NCBI GenBank assembly: GCA_965231085.1
Contig: OZ246413.1
Location: 270,638 to 334,637 of the forward strand
Length of the DNA stretch: 64,000 bases
Reading direction: 5' to 3'
Source of the DNA: an uncultured Candidatus Saccharibacteria bacterium
GTDB taxonomy: Bacteria > Patescibacteriota > Saccharimonadia > Saccharimonadales > UBA10212
Positions 7,328 through 17,728 of the stretch are shown one piece after another (position 1 is the stretch's first letter; every line of letters begins with the position of its first letter). Made by a program: the position numbers and the translations under genes. The notes beneath the pieces were generated by a model. That model ran no database searches. It had not been told where the DNA came from and worked only from the letters and a program-made list of their open reading frames with translations.

Positions 7328-7821
7328 TAGGCAGGTTTTCTACTCAGGATAACAAAGGTGTAGTTATAGGCGTTTTTAGCGTCTGCTAGGTGCGGTTCCC
7401 GGCTCTGCTCTTGCCAGTTATCGGGGTTGAACCTAAAATATTTATCACCTTCAATCTCAGCATCAACTTCTGTCAGATAGATACGCTCAGCTATGGGTAG
7501 CGCTAGGTTATATATTGTTTCACCGCCAATTATAAATATTTCGTCCGAGCCGGGTGATTGCCTAGCCAGTTCAATAGCGTCATTCAGCGATGAGGCGCTC
7601 AGGCAACCTTCGTATTTGGCGCCAGGCTCTCTGCTTATAACTATGTTGGTTCTATCTGGCAGGGCTCGACCAATTGATTCATGAGTTTTGCGCCCCATAA
7701 TAATTGGGTGCCCAGTGGTAGTGCGTTTGAAGAACGCCATTTCAGATGGTAGCTTCCACGGCAGCCCATTTTCTTTACCTATAACTCCGTTTTTTGCAGT
7801 CGCAACAATGATCGATAACAT
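7327..7821 (-). CDS. folA: Dihydrofolate reductase
   Basis: MLSIIVATAKNGVIGKENGLPWKLPSEMAFFKRTTTGHPIIMGRKTHESIG; lies downstream of thyA. Confidence 0.9.
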   Translation of the reverse strand: MLSIIVATAKNGVIGKENGLPWKLPSEMAFFKRTTTGHPIIMGRKTHESIGRALPDRTNIVISREPGAKYEGCLSASSLNDAIELARQSPGSDEIFIIGGETIYNLALPIAERIYLTEVDAEIEGDKYFRFNPDNWQEQSREPHLADAKNAYNYTFVILSRKPA

Positions 7822-7836
7822 GGGCTGTACTCCTTA

Positions 7837-8772
7837 TTAGACTGCGATAGGCGCTGAAATTGCTGGATGTGACTGATAATCTTCGAGCTTTATATCATCA
7901 AATTTAAAGTCGAAGATATTCTTTATTTTTGGGTTAAGCCATAGCTTTGGTAACGGATAAGGTTCGCGAGACATCTGAAGTTCAGCTTGGTCAAAATGAT
8001 TAACAAACAAATGGGCGTCACCAAAGGTATGTACAAAATCTCCGGGTTTTAGGCCAGTTACTTGGGCCATCATCATGGTCAGCAGTGAATAAGAGGCAAT
8101 GTTAAATGGAACACCCAGGAAGGTATCGGCGCTTCTTTGGTACAACTGACAACTCAGTTTACCGTCGGCTACATAGAACTGAAAAAGTGTGTGGCAAGGC
8201 GGCAAGCCAGCTTTAGCCATCTCGTCAATATCAGCTACATTCCATGCCGAGACGATTATACGCCGCCCACTCGGGTGATTACCATCAGCTTTAACGGCAT
8301 TTATATTCTCAACAGCCTTAGCAATTTGGTCGATTTCTTGCCCATTAGGTGTTCTCCAGTGTCGCCATTGGTAACCATAAACTGGCCCAAGCTCACCCCA
8401 TTTTTTGGCAAACTTTTCGTCAGTTTTAATCTTTTCGGTAAACTCCTTAATTCCAGTCTTCCATTCATCGCTGCTGGAGTTTGGCACTGCCTTGCCCTGC
8501 TCTTGCAGATAATGCCTATAGGGCCATTCATCCCAAATATGAACATCATTATCTACTAGGTACTTAATATTAGTTGAACCCTGTAGGAACCAAATAAGCT
8601 CGTGAATGATCCCCCTCATAAATAGTTTTTTGGTAGTCACGGCCGGAAATCCCTGACTTAAATCGAATCTCATCTGGCGGCCAAAAACACTAGCTACATC
8701 GGTTCCCTGACGAGTTTTTTTGTGTGTCCCGTTTTCCTTTATGTCTTTAAGTAGGTCTAGGTATTGCCTCAT
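7837..8772 (-). CDS. thyA: Thymidylate synthase (ThyA type)
   Basis: [11 protein letters not shown]...; active-site region [12 protein letters not shown]; also [12 protein letters not shown]. Confidence 0.92.
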   Translation of the reverse strand: MRQYLDLLKDIKENGTHKKTRQGTDVASVFGRQMRFDLSQGFPAVTTKKLFMRGIIHELIWFLQGSTNIKYLVDNDVHIWDEWPYRHYLQEQGKAVPNSSSDEWKTGIKEFTEKIKTDEKFAKKWGELGPVYGYQWRHWRTPNGQEIDQIAKAVENINAVKADGNHPSGRRIIVSAWNVADIDEMAKAGLPPCHTLFQFYVADGKLSCQLYQRSADTFLGVPFNIASYSLLTMMMAQVTGLKPGDFVHTFGDAHLFVNHFDQAELQMSREPYPLPKLWLNPKIKNIFDFKFDDIKLEDYQSHPAISAPIAV

Positions 8773-8840
8773 AGTTTTTACATTATATCGCCATACTGTT
8801 GCCTTGCGCGTTGTATTTTAGTCACGTAAGCTAAAGAGGT

Positions 8841-10493
8841 ATGGAACAGTTGGTGGAAAAACTAAAAACAAACAAATTCAGCGGCGAACTTGACTCCACG
8901 GCTGATACCCTGGAGTTTTATAGTCATGATGCCTCGCTTTTTGAACTAAGACCAAAACTAGTTGTCTTTCCATCAAATAGTCGAGACCTACAGACTCTGG
9001 TTAAAACTGTTGTTGAACTGCGACCTAAGCTACCAGGACTTTCCCTAACGGCAAGGAGCGGTGGAACCTGCATGTCCGGTGGAGCCATTAACGATTCGAT
9101 TATTATTGATTTCAACAAACATTTTACAAAAATTGAAAAAGTATCCAGCACATTGGCTCAAGCCCAACCAGGCGTTTTTTATCGAGATTTCGAGAAGGCT
9201 ACCTTAGCCAAAGGCGCTCTAATGCCAAGCTTTCCGGCCAGTCGAGAACTGGCTACGGTTGGTGGTATGGTGGCCAACAACGCTGGTGGTGAAAAATCGT
9301 TGGAATTTGGTAAAACCGAGAATTTTGTGCGAGAGCTCGAAGTTATTTTAGCCGATGGCAACAAGTACACCCTAAAGGCCCTAAACAAACGAGAGCTTAT
9401 AGCCAAGATGGGCCAAAAAAACTTTGAGGGCCAAGCCTACAAGCAACTATTTGAAATATTAGAAGATAATTATGAGTTGATTAAAGCGGCTAAGCCTCAC
9501 GTTACTAAAAACTCCATGGGTTACAACCTATGGGATGTATGGGACAGGCAAACGGGCGTCTTTGATCTAACTAAGCTTTTTGTTGGGTCACAAGGAACTT
9601 TGGGTCTAATAAGCGATATAAAGTTTGATTTGGTTCATAACAAACCTCATTCCGGTGTTTTAGTCGTGTTTATGCGTGATATTAAACAGCTTGGCGAAAT
9701 TATAAACACTGTTCTAACGCAAAGACCGGCTAGTTTTGAATCTTTTGATAATTACACCTTAATGTTGGCAATTAAGTTCTTTCCATACTTTAGAAAAACT
9801 CTGGGCTGGCTGGGTCTGATTAAGCTAGGATTTCAGTTAATACCAGACGCCCTAGTTTTATTCCGTGGCGTCCCAAAACTAACCCTATTAATTGAGTTTA
9901 CTGGCGAGACTCCCCAGGTTGTGGCTCATAAAATCCGCAAGATGAAGGAAATGCTGGAGCCTTTTCCGCTTGAAGCCATGGAGGAGGATTCTACCGAAGC
10001 CAAGGCCTGGAAGTTTAGAATTATCCGGCGCGAAAGCTTTAACTTGCTACGTAAAAAGGTCAAAGACAAACACACGGCGCCGTTCATCGACGATTTTGTT
10101 GTACCGCCCAAACACCTGGTTGAATTTTTACCTAAACTCCAGAAGATTATCAAAAAGTACAAATTGCTAGCCACTATTGCTGGGCATATGGGCGACGGCA
10201 ATTTTCATGTCATACCACTCATGAAAATTGAAGAACCTAAAGAGCGGGCCAAAATCCAGCCAGCCATGCGGGAGGTTAATGAGTTGGTGCTTAGCTATGG
10301 TGGCAGTCTGAGCGGCGAGCATAACGATGGTCTAATTCGCGGGCCGTGGCTAGAAGATATGTACGGCCGAAAAGTCTATGAACTATTTAAGCAAACTAAA
10401 CACATCTTTGATCCCGATAACATTTTTAATCCTCACAAAAAGACCGACGCCACCTGGGACTACTCAATGTCACATATCAGAAAAGAATTTTAG
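8841..10493 (+). CDS. FAD-linked oxidase (GlcD / D-lactate dehydrogenase family)
   Basis: FAD-binding PCMH-type region ARSGGTCMSGG...VGGMVANNAGGEKS and C-terminal GGSLSGEHNDGLIRG. Confidence 0.8.
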   Translation: MEQLVEKLKTNKFSGELDSTADTLEFYSHDASLFELRPKLVVFPSNSRDLQTLVKTVVELRPKLPGLSLTARSGGTCMSGGAINDSIIIDFNKHFTKIEKVSSTLAQAQPGVFYRDFEKATLAKGALMPSFPASRELATVGGMVANNAGGEKSLEFGKTENFVRELEVILADGNKYTLKALNKRELIAKMGQKNFEGQAYKQLFEILEDNYELIKAAKPHVTKNSMGYNLWDVWDRQTGVFDLTKLFVGSQGTLGLISDIKFDLVHNKPHSGVLVVFMRDIKQLGEIINTVLTQRPASFESFDNYTLMLAIKFFPYFRKTLGWLGLIKLGFQLIPDALVLFRGVPKLTLLIEFTGETPQVVAHKIRKMKEMLEPFPLEAMEEDSTEAKAWKFRIIRRESFNLLRKKVKDKHTAPFIDDFVVPPKHLVEFLPKLQKIIKKYKLLATIAGHMGDGNFHVIPLMKIEEPKERAKIQPAMREVNELVLSYGGSLSGEHNDGLIRGPWLEDMYGRKVYELFKQTKHIFDPDNIFNPHKKTDATWDYSMSHIRKEF

Positions 10494-10993
10494 GGCAGTT
10501 TGATCCAGCGCTGTTTGATGGTCCAGAGTGGCTTAGAGCTGGTTGTTAGTATCCCAAACAGAACTAAGAAGTAGATAAAGTGTTCGTCAACGCCTGGCGA
10601 ATTAGCTGGCCACAACAAGGAGCTCCACATTAAAGCCATTAAGATCATGCCAGCTACAGCCGCTGACTTAATCCATGTCCCAAACAATAGGCCCACCCCA
10701 ATAAAGAGTAATCCGAGCATAAAAGCCCAATCTACAAACACATTACCAGCCAAGTGGTGGTAAAAATTAGCAAATGGACCGGTTACGGCATTGCCTAAAA
10801 ACCCTTTTGTTGGTGATCCGCCATGTATCCATGACTGAGAGCAAGCTAGGTTAATTGCTCCGGCTTTATCCTTGCAGGTAGCAAAACCTAAGCCTAAAAG
10901 TTTATCAAAAAAGGCCCACAAGAAAATGTAGCCTAGCCCTAGTCTTGCGATTGACCAGCCATATGAGTTTGGATCGTGTTTTGATTGTGCCAT
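10490..10993 (-). CDS. DoxX-like small membrane protein
   Basis: Four hydrophobic spans. The N-terminal RLGLGYIFLWAFFDKL resembles DoxX/DoxD. Weak call. Confidence 0.5.
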   Translation of the reverse strand: MAQSKHDPNSYGWSIARLGLGYIFLWAFFDKLLGLGFATCKDKAGAINLACSQSWIHGGSPTKGFLGNAVTGPFANFYHHLAGNVFVDWAFMLGLLFIGVGLLFGTWIKSAAVAGMILMALMWSSLLWPANSPGVDEHFIYFLVLFGILTTSSKPLWTIKQRWIKLP

Positions 10994-11064
10994 AGTATTT
11001 TCCTTTTTAATTCTTATGCTTTTATAGTATCCCCAGAAAAGCCTATTGGCAAACGCGTGTTTGG

Positions 11065-11748
11065 TTATTTATTAGATTCTATCTCGTACATGTCGGCCCA
11101 CTCTATAAACCACCAGCCTAAAATAATCATCTGTGAGTACTGCATATAAACAGCGATGTCTTCTATGGCACGGTTTTCGTAAAACGATCCCAGACCCAAG
11201 AAAATAATAAACAGAACTGCTGCTAGGGCAGCAAATATGCTAACCAACCTTAGCCTCATGCTAGCCAGGCGCTTAGCATAAAGCCAGCTTGCCAGCGGTA
11301 GTAATAAGATACAAAAACCTATGGCAACACTACTGTATATATGCCGGGGTAGTACTAAATGGTTAATATCAAGTGTTGCTGGTACGCTGCAGGCTTTATC
11401 TAAAATATTCGTGCATGGCAGCGGTACCAGAGCATCAATAATATTAAAAATGCCAAAAGCCACACCACCCAGGGCAATTATCTTGCCTAATTGTTGTTTT
11501 TGCTGGAGTCTAAACAGCACAAAACAGATCAAAATTATTAACAATCCAGCCAGAATATCTAACGACCGAAACACATAGTGATGTGGTTGCGAAAGAGCGC
11601 TAAAATCACTAATTGAACCCCTGTGGTATAAAAGCTTGGGGTTAAAAATGAGAGCCAATATCCAATTGTTAACAGTTATCGCAAACAACCAAAGTGAATA
11701 TTTGGACTTTATTACAGCGGTTATGCTCATCACAAAGTATAATAACAA
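11065..11748 (-). CDS. Hypothetical polytopic membrane protein
   Basis: Multiple TM spans; no recognisable motif. Confidence 0.5.
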   Translation of the reverse strand: MLLYFVMSITAVIKSKYSLWLFAITVNNWILALIFNPKLLYHRGSISDFSALSQPHHYVFRSLDILAGLLIILICFVLFRLQQKQQLGKIIALGGVAFGIFNIIDALVPLPCTNILDKACSVPATLDINHLVLPRHIYSSVAIGFCILLLPLASWLYAKRLASMRLRLVSIFAALAAVLFIIFLGLGSFYENRAIEDIAVYMQYSQMIILGWWFIEWADMYEIESNK

Positions 11749-11757
11749 CTAGTTAAT

Positions 11758-13461
11758 ATGCAGCCTAGCGCCAGGATAAAATTAAACCTTGTAGCCTCTC
11801 TTGTATTTTTAAGTGGAGCCATAACTCTTTGGAGCATTCTTTTATCTTTTTTGCATGCTAAAAACTTAAGAATTGTGGTTGCTGATGCTCGGCTAACAGT
11901 TATAGCCGGCATAAGCCTTGTGTATCTGGCCACATTATTAAAGCGCGGCAAGTACAATGCCTGGCTAATTGCTATTGGAGTGTACGGATTTTTAATTGTT
12001 CGGAACATCGAGCACTATATTATTGACCACCGGCCGGGCCACAGAATTATTCTGGCCGTTATTAATATCACCATTCCAGTTCTAACTATCACTCTGCTCC
12101 TTAGTTTCAAAAAACTTTTCAGGGTTAAAAGCGAGCCACGCAGCTTTGTTGTAGCCACTAAACGCTCGGCACTAATAATTTCTATTGCGTTTATTTATGG
12201 CGTGGTTGGATTTCAGCTCTTCGATAGGCGAGATTTTAATCAGGAGATATCCTTACCGGCTGCCGCCCACTTTACGGTTGATCAATTTGGTCTTACAACA
12301 CAAAAAGAATTAGTTGCTAACACAAAACGAGGAGTCTTTTTTGTTGATTCACTTGCGGCAATTAGTGTTACGTCGTTAGTCTATGTTGGCATTGCTTTCT
12401 TCTCGCCAATTCGTTTTAAATTAACTCACCGCGATGCCGATACCCTGGCTGCCCTTGAAATTGCTAAGAAAAAATCAAAAACCAGCGAGGACTTTTTTAA
12501 ATTTTGGCCGAAGGATAAGGCATATTTTTTAAACGAACAAAAAACAGCCTTTCTAGCTTATAGAGTAGTTAGGAGCGTGGCGCTTGTGGTTGGCGACCCA
12601 ATTGGTAGCGATAAGGACGTATATCTGCTTATAAAAAGTTTTTGCGAATACTGCCGTCTAAACGATTGGGCGATTGCCTTTATTCATACCGATGGATCGC
12701 TCACTTCCCTTTACAACCGGCTTGATTTTGACGAACAAAAAATTGGTGAGGAGGCGATTGTTGACGTTGATAAGTTTATTAAAGAAGTTGCTGGCAACAA
12801 ATATTTTAGGCATATAAATAATAAATTCACCAAGCAGGGCTACAAGTGTGAGTTGGTGTCGCCACCTTTTTCTGACGAATTATTTAATAAAATCAGCAAA
12901 ATATCTGAAGATTGGCTAAAGCAACCAGGTCGTGCTGAGCGGGGCTTTATGCTCGGCTATTTTAGTCGAGATTACATGAATCAGTGCAAACTAATGCTTG
13001 CCTATGATGAATCGGGTAATATCAAAGCCTTTATCAACCAAATACCTAGCCTAAGAGAGGGCGAGGCTAGCTATGACTTCCTCCGACAGTCCAATGATAG
13101 CTTGGGCAATATCAACGATTATCTTATGGTCAACTTTATTAGAGCCCTACATGACCAAGGCTATAGGCAGTTAAATATGGGGCTATGCCCTCTTTCGGGC
13201 TTAAGCGCTGAAGATGAAAAAGATCGGGGGCTAATGGACGGAGTTCTAAACTTTGTTTATTCCAATGCCGGGCGCTTTTACTCTTTCCAGGGTCTCAGAC
13301 GGTTTAAATCAAAATACGAACCCGACTGGCAGCCCAGATATATTGTTTACAGGGGTGGCCTACCAGGGTTGACCCGCTCGGCTAATGCCTTGCTCAGAGC
13401 CATGACTCACTATAATAGCTGGGAGAAGCATGGCAATAGTCTGGATTTGAATGCCAAGTAA
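11758..13461 (+). CDS. MprF-like protein (membrane N-terminus plus a lysyl-phosphatidylglycerol synthase-like C-terminal domain)
   Basis: The TM-rich N-terminus is followed by FFKFWPKDKAYFLNEQKTAFLAYRVV...VVGDPIG and a C-terminal FQGLRRFKSKYEPDW, as in the LPG-synthase C domain. Confidence 0.65.
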   Translation: MQPSARIKLNLVASLVFLSGAITLWSILLSFLHAKNLRIVVADARLTVIAGISLVYLATLLKRGKYNAWLIAIGVYGFLIVRNIEHYIIDHRPGHRIILAVINITIPVLTITLLLSFKKLFRVKSEPRSFVVATKRSALIISIAFIYGVVGFQLFDRRDFNQEISLPAAAHFTVDQFGLTTQKELVANTKRGVFFVDSLAAISVTSLVYVGIAFFSPIRFKLTHRDADTLAALEIAKKKSKTSEDFFKFWPKDKAYFLNEQKTAFLAYRVVRSVALVVGDPIGSDKDVYLLIKSFCEYCRLNDWAIAFIHTDGSLTSLYNRLDFDEQKIGEEAIVDVDKFIKEVAGNKYFRHINNKFTKQGYKCELVSPPFSDELFNKISKISEDWLKQPGRAERGFMLGYFSRDYMNQCKLMLAYDESGNIKAFINQIPSLREGEASYDFLRQSNDSLGNINDYLMVNFIRALHDQGYRQLNMGLCPLSGLSAEDEKDRGLMDGVLNFVYSNAGRFYSFQGLRRFKSKYEPDWQPRYIVYRGGLPGLTRSANALLRAMTHYNSWEKHGNSLDLNAK

Positions 13462-14362
13462 GCTACAATACCTCGCAATGAAGCTATCTAAACTTAATTT
13501 CTACCAACTCATTGGAATTGTTGGAGTGATTTTTTGCTTAACTATTTTTGTAAGAGAGCCAAGCTTTCCCACTCCGGATAAGTTGGTTATTTTTCTAACC
13601 TTTGTTTTTCTAATTTTTGGGCAGGCAAAAAGCATGCTAAAAAGGTTACTCCCGTTCGTGGCTTTACTGCTCGTCTACGAATCATTTAGAGGTATAGCCG
13701 ACTCGCTGAATTCTCACGTTAACTATACGTTTGCACCAAGCTTTGATAGATATATTTTTGGCAAACTACCTACAGACTATTTACAGCAGTGGTTATGGAC
13801 CGGTAGCGCCAAATGGTTCGATATCGTTCTCTACATTCCCTACCTTCTGTTTTTTATAGTCCCGCTTGCCCTAGCCTTAGCTGTTTGGAAAACTCGCGAT
13901 AGCTATTATTGGCGAGTTGTATCAACCTATATAACCGTGTTCTTTGGTGGTTTTATAACCTTTCTGTTGTTTCCGGCTGCCCCGCCCTGGCTTGCCTCAC
14001 AGAATAACTATATAGAGCCAATCACAAGAATCAGCAGCCATGTTTGGGCTAGGTTAGGTCTGCATGATTTCCCTTCGGTTTATGATAAGATTTCTCCTAA
14101 CCCAGTGGCGGCAATTCCATCCTTGCACTCCGCCTGCTCGACCCTTTTTGCAATATTTGTATTTAAGATTTACGGCAAAAAGTGGGGTCTAGTCTCGTTA
14201 ATTTATCCGGCGATGATTTATGTTGGTGTAATTTACGAGGGTGAGCATTACTTCTTTGATGTTGTGGCTGGCATAGCCTATGCTATTGCCGGCTACTTTA
14301 TCGTTAAGTTTTTATATCCAAGAGTTGAGGCCGAGCTAATCTACCGCAAGTTGATTCGCTAG
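13451..14362 (+). CDS. PAP2-superfamily membrane phosphatase/transferase
   Basis: PAP2 motifs PSLHSA and GEHYFFDVVAG near the C-terminus; polytopic. Confidence 0.65.
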   Translation: MPSKLQYLAMKLSKLNFYQLIGIVGVIFCLTIFVREPSFPTPDKLVIFLTFVFLIFGQAKSMLKRLLPFVALLLVYESFRGIADSLNSHVNYTFAPSFDRYIFGKLPTDYLQQWLWTGSAKWFDIVLYIPYLLFFIVPLALALAVWKTRDSYYWRVVSTYITVFFGGFITFLLFPAAPPWLASQNNYIEPITRISSHVWARLGLHDFPSVYDKISPNPVAAIPSLHSACSTLFAIFVFKIYGKKWGLVSLIYPAMIYVGVIYEGEHYFFDVVAGIAYAIAGYFIVKFLYPRVEAELIYRKLIR

Positions 14363-14961
14363 AGCGTACTCCAGTAGTACCAGAATCGCTTTAGGATTAG
14401 GGCAATAACAATTACAAACCAAAGCACCACCGCGTCGGTATGGTGCCTGATGGCAAAATCTACAAATCTTTTTATTCTTTTTGGAACCTTTATGTTTCCT
14501 TCTCGGATATTGTAAACAAGTGTGTACCACGACATTGGTATAGTTACGGCCCAAACAATCATGCAGAAAATGCAGAGTGAGCCAATATCATAAAGAGTTT
14601 CGTATATCAGCCAGTGCAAGAAGGCTGTGGCAAAAACTAGCCCTCCCATAAATAACTGCCAAAATCTCTTGCTAAGTTTAGCTCCTGCCAACATTACTGC
14701 GCCAACTGTAGCAATAGCAGCGTATCCAGCAATTCCCAGATAGTAGTTCGGAAAGCCAAAGGCATGTGATTGCGTGCTGTCGGCCACGCTAGTACAACTT
14801 AAAATTGGGCTAAGATTACAAACAGGTATATAGTTTGGGTCTTTAAGACGTTGGTAAACTTCGACAGACAGAGCAATCGAGGCGATAGTGGCGATGATTC
14901 CGCCAACAAGTAGTATCCAGGGCAAGGCTTGTTTGAGAGTTAAGTTTTTAAACATTGTCAT
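14359..14961 (-). CDS. Vitamin K epoxide reductase (VKOR) family protein
   Basis: Loop cysteines CNLSPILSC and a CxxC motif (CIFC) in a TM helix. Start moved to the ATG at 14959-14961 (MTMFKNL). Confidence 0.7.
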   Translation of the reverse strand: MTMFKNLTLKQALPWILLVGGIIATIASIALSVEVYQRLKDPNYIPVCNLSPILSCTSVADSTQSHAFGFPNYYLGIAGYAAIATVGAVMLAGAKLSKRFWQLFMGGLVFATAFLHWLIYETLYDIGSLCIFCMIVWAVTIPMSWYTLVYNIREGNIKVPKRIKRFVDFAIRHHTDAVVLWFVIVIALILKRFWYYWSTL

Positions 14962-15098
14962 CGGTATAAGTTTAACATGTGTCGGTAGAGGCGGTAGACC
15001 TATTTGCAGCACAGACACTTTAGAGGTCTGCAAAATGACTATTGCTAAGCTTAACCATAACCTTGAAGTTAGTTTAATAATATGCTATAAGTATGCCA

Positions 15099-15847
15099 TG
15101 ACAAAAGAAGTTGCAGGTGTAAATCTTAGGGATCTTGAGGCCCCGATTTATGATGCATTAACTCGATTCTCTGAAGAAACTGACGGACGCGTTCTTTTTG
15201 GCTACCTAGAGCAAGCTGCACAACTTGAGCTTACTCCCGATAAGCCAAATTCGGCCAGAAGCAGCGTGCCCGTATACCATGAGTACGAAGAGGCTGGAAC
15301 ATTGCATGTAATTGCATTTGCTCCCCACGATGCTACTGGCGATGATAAAACATATACTGCGGATCGACTAGTTAACAGACATTTTCCCGATGATCCTAGA
15401 TACTATCCTCGGAGCAAGGCGAACGCACACGCCGAAGCTCACTTATCTATTCTTTCCCAGAGAATTGAGTCACACGATGACCCGGTCCTATTTGCCGGTC
15501 ATCTTAGCCTGTTAGGCATATTCAAACGAGATTACTTTGGTACTGAGGAAAATCATCTGGTTGAGATTGGTTATGTTGGTATGGAATCGCATTCGTTCGC
15601 ATCAGCAGTACGTGATGGGCGCAGCGGCACAAAACCTCGCGCGACACTTACTACTGGTTATAGAGGCGAGTTGGAACATCCAGAAGCTCCAGGTGAGCGA
15701 TTCGGTGATCCACATGCCTTATTGAACAGAAGCGGGCTGGCCGTCCAGGTCGCGGGATTTATTGCCATATCGCCGGAGGCCGCACCAAAACATCTTGAGG
15801 TTCTTAGACAGCTCAAGGCCAGAGAACCGTTTATTGGCGATTTCTAG
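15099..15847 (+). CDS. Hypothetical protein (249 aa)
   Basis: The track ORF starts at 14888 but overlaps VKOR. The ATG at 15099 (MTKEVAGVNL) is likelier. No motif recognised. Convergent with the OLD operon. Confidence 0.5.
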
Positions 15848-16018
15848 TTATTTTTTCAGGGATTTTAGGACTTCGATGAGTTCGTCGATTTTAAGGTCTA
15901 CATAGCCTGATGTATCTATATAAACGTGTTTGCCGTCTTCGCTGGTGTGCAGATCCATCCACTCGCCGTTAAGGGCGGGTATTCGGGTTACTTTGAAGGG
16001 TTTGGTTTTTGCGGGCAT
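15848..16018 (-). CDS. Small hypothetical protein (56 aa) downstream of the OLD-family gene
   Basis: Below the ORF-track size cutoff. Hand translation: MPAKTKPFKVTRIPALNGEWMDLHTSEDGKHVYIDTSGYVDLKIDELIEVLKSLKK. SD AAGGAG lies about 7 nt upstream. Confidence 0.4.
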   Translation of the reverse strand: MPAKTKPFKVTRIPALNGEWMDLHTSEDGKHVYIDTSGYVDLKIDELIEVLKSLKK

Positions 16019-16057
16019 ATGGGGCTCCTTTATGGTTATAGTTTATATGGTTGGGGT

Positions 16058-17728
16058 CTAGTTGCCGCTACTATTCCAATTATCTATCTTCCTGCACAGT
16101 TTTTTTATGTGACCAAGTAAGACTTCGTCTTCTTCTAACATCTCAAGTGTAATATGCTCGCATACCTGCTCAGCAAAAAGAACTTTTGATTTGAGGAAGA
16201 CTTTTCCATAATCTGGTTTAGCTTTATTAACGTATTCTTCGAATGGTTGAAATTTTCCGATTGGTTTTAGATTAGGTTTGTTGAAGAAAGCCCTTAGAGC
16301 CTTGAGCGGAATACTGTTTTCAATTTCAGAACCATCAGTGACCCACACGTAACCTTTTACCTTCTCAATCTCTTTTTTCATACGTAATTTTGTTTTATTG
16401 ATCTGTTTAGTTTCGGCTTTTTTGTCGCTATCCATAATCAAACAAGAATGTCGATTCAACTTCAGCAGGCTAGGGTGCTCACTATTTTTTGGATCTGCTG
16501 TGAGACGGGCAAGGAGACGCCCTCCGTAAAACATGCATTGGTAATGAGCACCTTCTCTGATGTTCTCGTCAGAGACAAGGGAAATAAAATGGTTGATGTA
16601 TACTCTGTCCGAAGGCCCTTCGACCCATATGACACCGTTTGACTGTAGTATGTCGCTTGCCCTGACATCAAGATCATCGAGTAGCCCTGTCCTATCCCGG
16701 TACTCAGATACAGTATTGACGTGGGCAGTCTTTTTATCATGGCTAATGTGCAATATTTGGGCGTTGCTATCGGTACTAAAAAGGTCAATGACTACATTGG
16801 AATGTGTCGTTATAAAAATTGATACGTTATTTTCGACAGCAAGGTCGCGTAAGTATCCAAAAAGTCTTCGTTGAAGTCCAGGGTGAAGGTTATTCTCCAG
16901 CTCTTCAAAGCCAAAAACGTATGAATTTAGTTCTCTTTTTTCGAGCACTGGTATGAGCAGGGTTTGTGCGAGAACAATTAGTATTGTCTTCAGCCCACTG
17001 CCTGAATCTGAGAGAGCTATGGTACCTTTATGGTCCTCCTCTAGGTAAACCTCCCATTCATTAGTCGTTGTTAGCCGTTTAGCCTGGATTCTGGTGAATG
17101 TTGTATCCGACTGGAAGATCTTATTCAACGCGTTCAGTAACTTAACTTCGACCATTTCTTGGTCGGCTGAAGATTCGTGCAAAAAGTATTGTATAAGGTT
17201 AGATACCCCTGTACCGTCGGAGTTTAACATTGGAGGACCTTCTGACTCTGGGGCTATATTTCTTTCTGCAATCACACGTTTGAAAAGAAGCCCATTGAAT
17301 GGATTTTGGATTGATTTAGCGAGCTCTTGATTAAACTGGGGGTGAGTTTCTGGGTCTAGGTGGACGTATGTTTGCCTTCCATCTTGCGAAAGTTCCACAG
17401 TTATAATTTTATCGAGCCAAGCTCTCCCGTATTGATAATAGTCGCCTCCAATGGGACCGCCACTTGTACCCTCAGGAAATACACGTTTAATTGTCAATTC
17501 ATCCAGTGGCGCTGAAAAGTAGACTTTGGGGATTCTGCCTCGATGTCCGTATTTAGATATGTCATGTATGTTTGTCATAAAATCGACGATGTCAAGAAGA
17601 GCTGACTTACCAGAATTATTTTTGCCTATAATAATATTTATCGGGGCAATATTGTTAAATCCTTGTAATTCGCTACCGAAGGATTTGTAATTATTAAACC
17701 TCAGACTGACGTTATTGGTGAGACCCAT
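16058..17728 (-). CDS. OLD-family ATP-dependent nuclease (ABC-type ATPase plus Toprim), class-1-like
   Basis: Walker A GKNNSGKS; signature-like SDSGSGLK; Walker B region FGFEELENNLHP; TTHS. C-terminal Toprim-like VIWVEGPSD and MDSDKK (DxD). No adjacent UvrD-like helicase. About 32-38% GC on two sampled lines. Confidence 0.75.
   Translation of the reverse strand: MGLTNNVSLRFNNYKSFGSELQGFNNIAPINIIIGKNNSGKSALLDIVDFMTNIHDISKYGHRGRIPKVYFSAPLDELTIKRVFPEGTSGGPIGGDYYQYGRAWLDKIITVELSQDGRQTYVHLDPETHPQFNQELAKSIQNPFNGLLFKRVIAERNIAPESEGPPMLNSDGTGVSNLIQYFLHESSADQEMVEVKLLNALNKIFQSDTTFTRIQAKRLTTTNEWEVYLEEDHKGTIALSDSGSGLKTILIVLAQTLLIPVLEKRELNSYVFGFEELENNLHPGLQRRLFGYLRDLAVENNVSIFITTHSNVVIDLFSTDSNAQILHISHDKKTAHVNTVSEYRDRTGLLDDLDVRASDILQSNGVIWVEGPSDRVYINHFISLVSDENIREGAHYQCMFYGGRLLARLTADPKNSEHPSLLKLNRHSCLIMDSDKKAETKQINKTKLRMKKEIEKVKGYVWVTDGSEIENSIPLKALRAFFNKPNLKPIGKFQPFEEYVNKAKPDYGKVFLKSKVLFAEQVCEHITLEMLEEDEVLLGHIKKLCRKIDNWNSSGN

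Noticed and set aside
7070-7352. ORFs 7070..7288 (minus) and 7146..7352 (plus) as protein-coding genes.
   Set aside because: There is no third-position GC skew, unlike the three GC-rich CDSs. The composition is low-complexity and R/P/A/L-rich, there is no SD, and the region is better explained by dense RNA secondary structure.
14888-15098. The N-terminal extension of ORF 14888..15847.
   Set aside because: It overlaps the VKOR gene on the opposite strand. The ATG at 15099 gives a non-overlapping gene.
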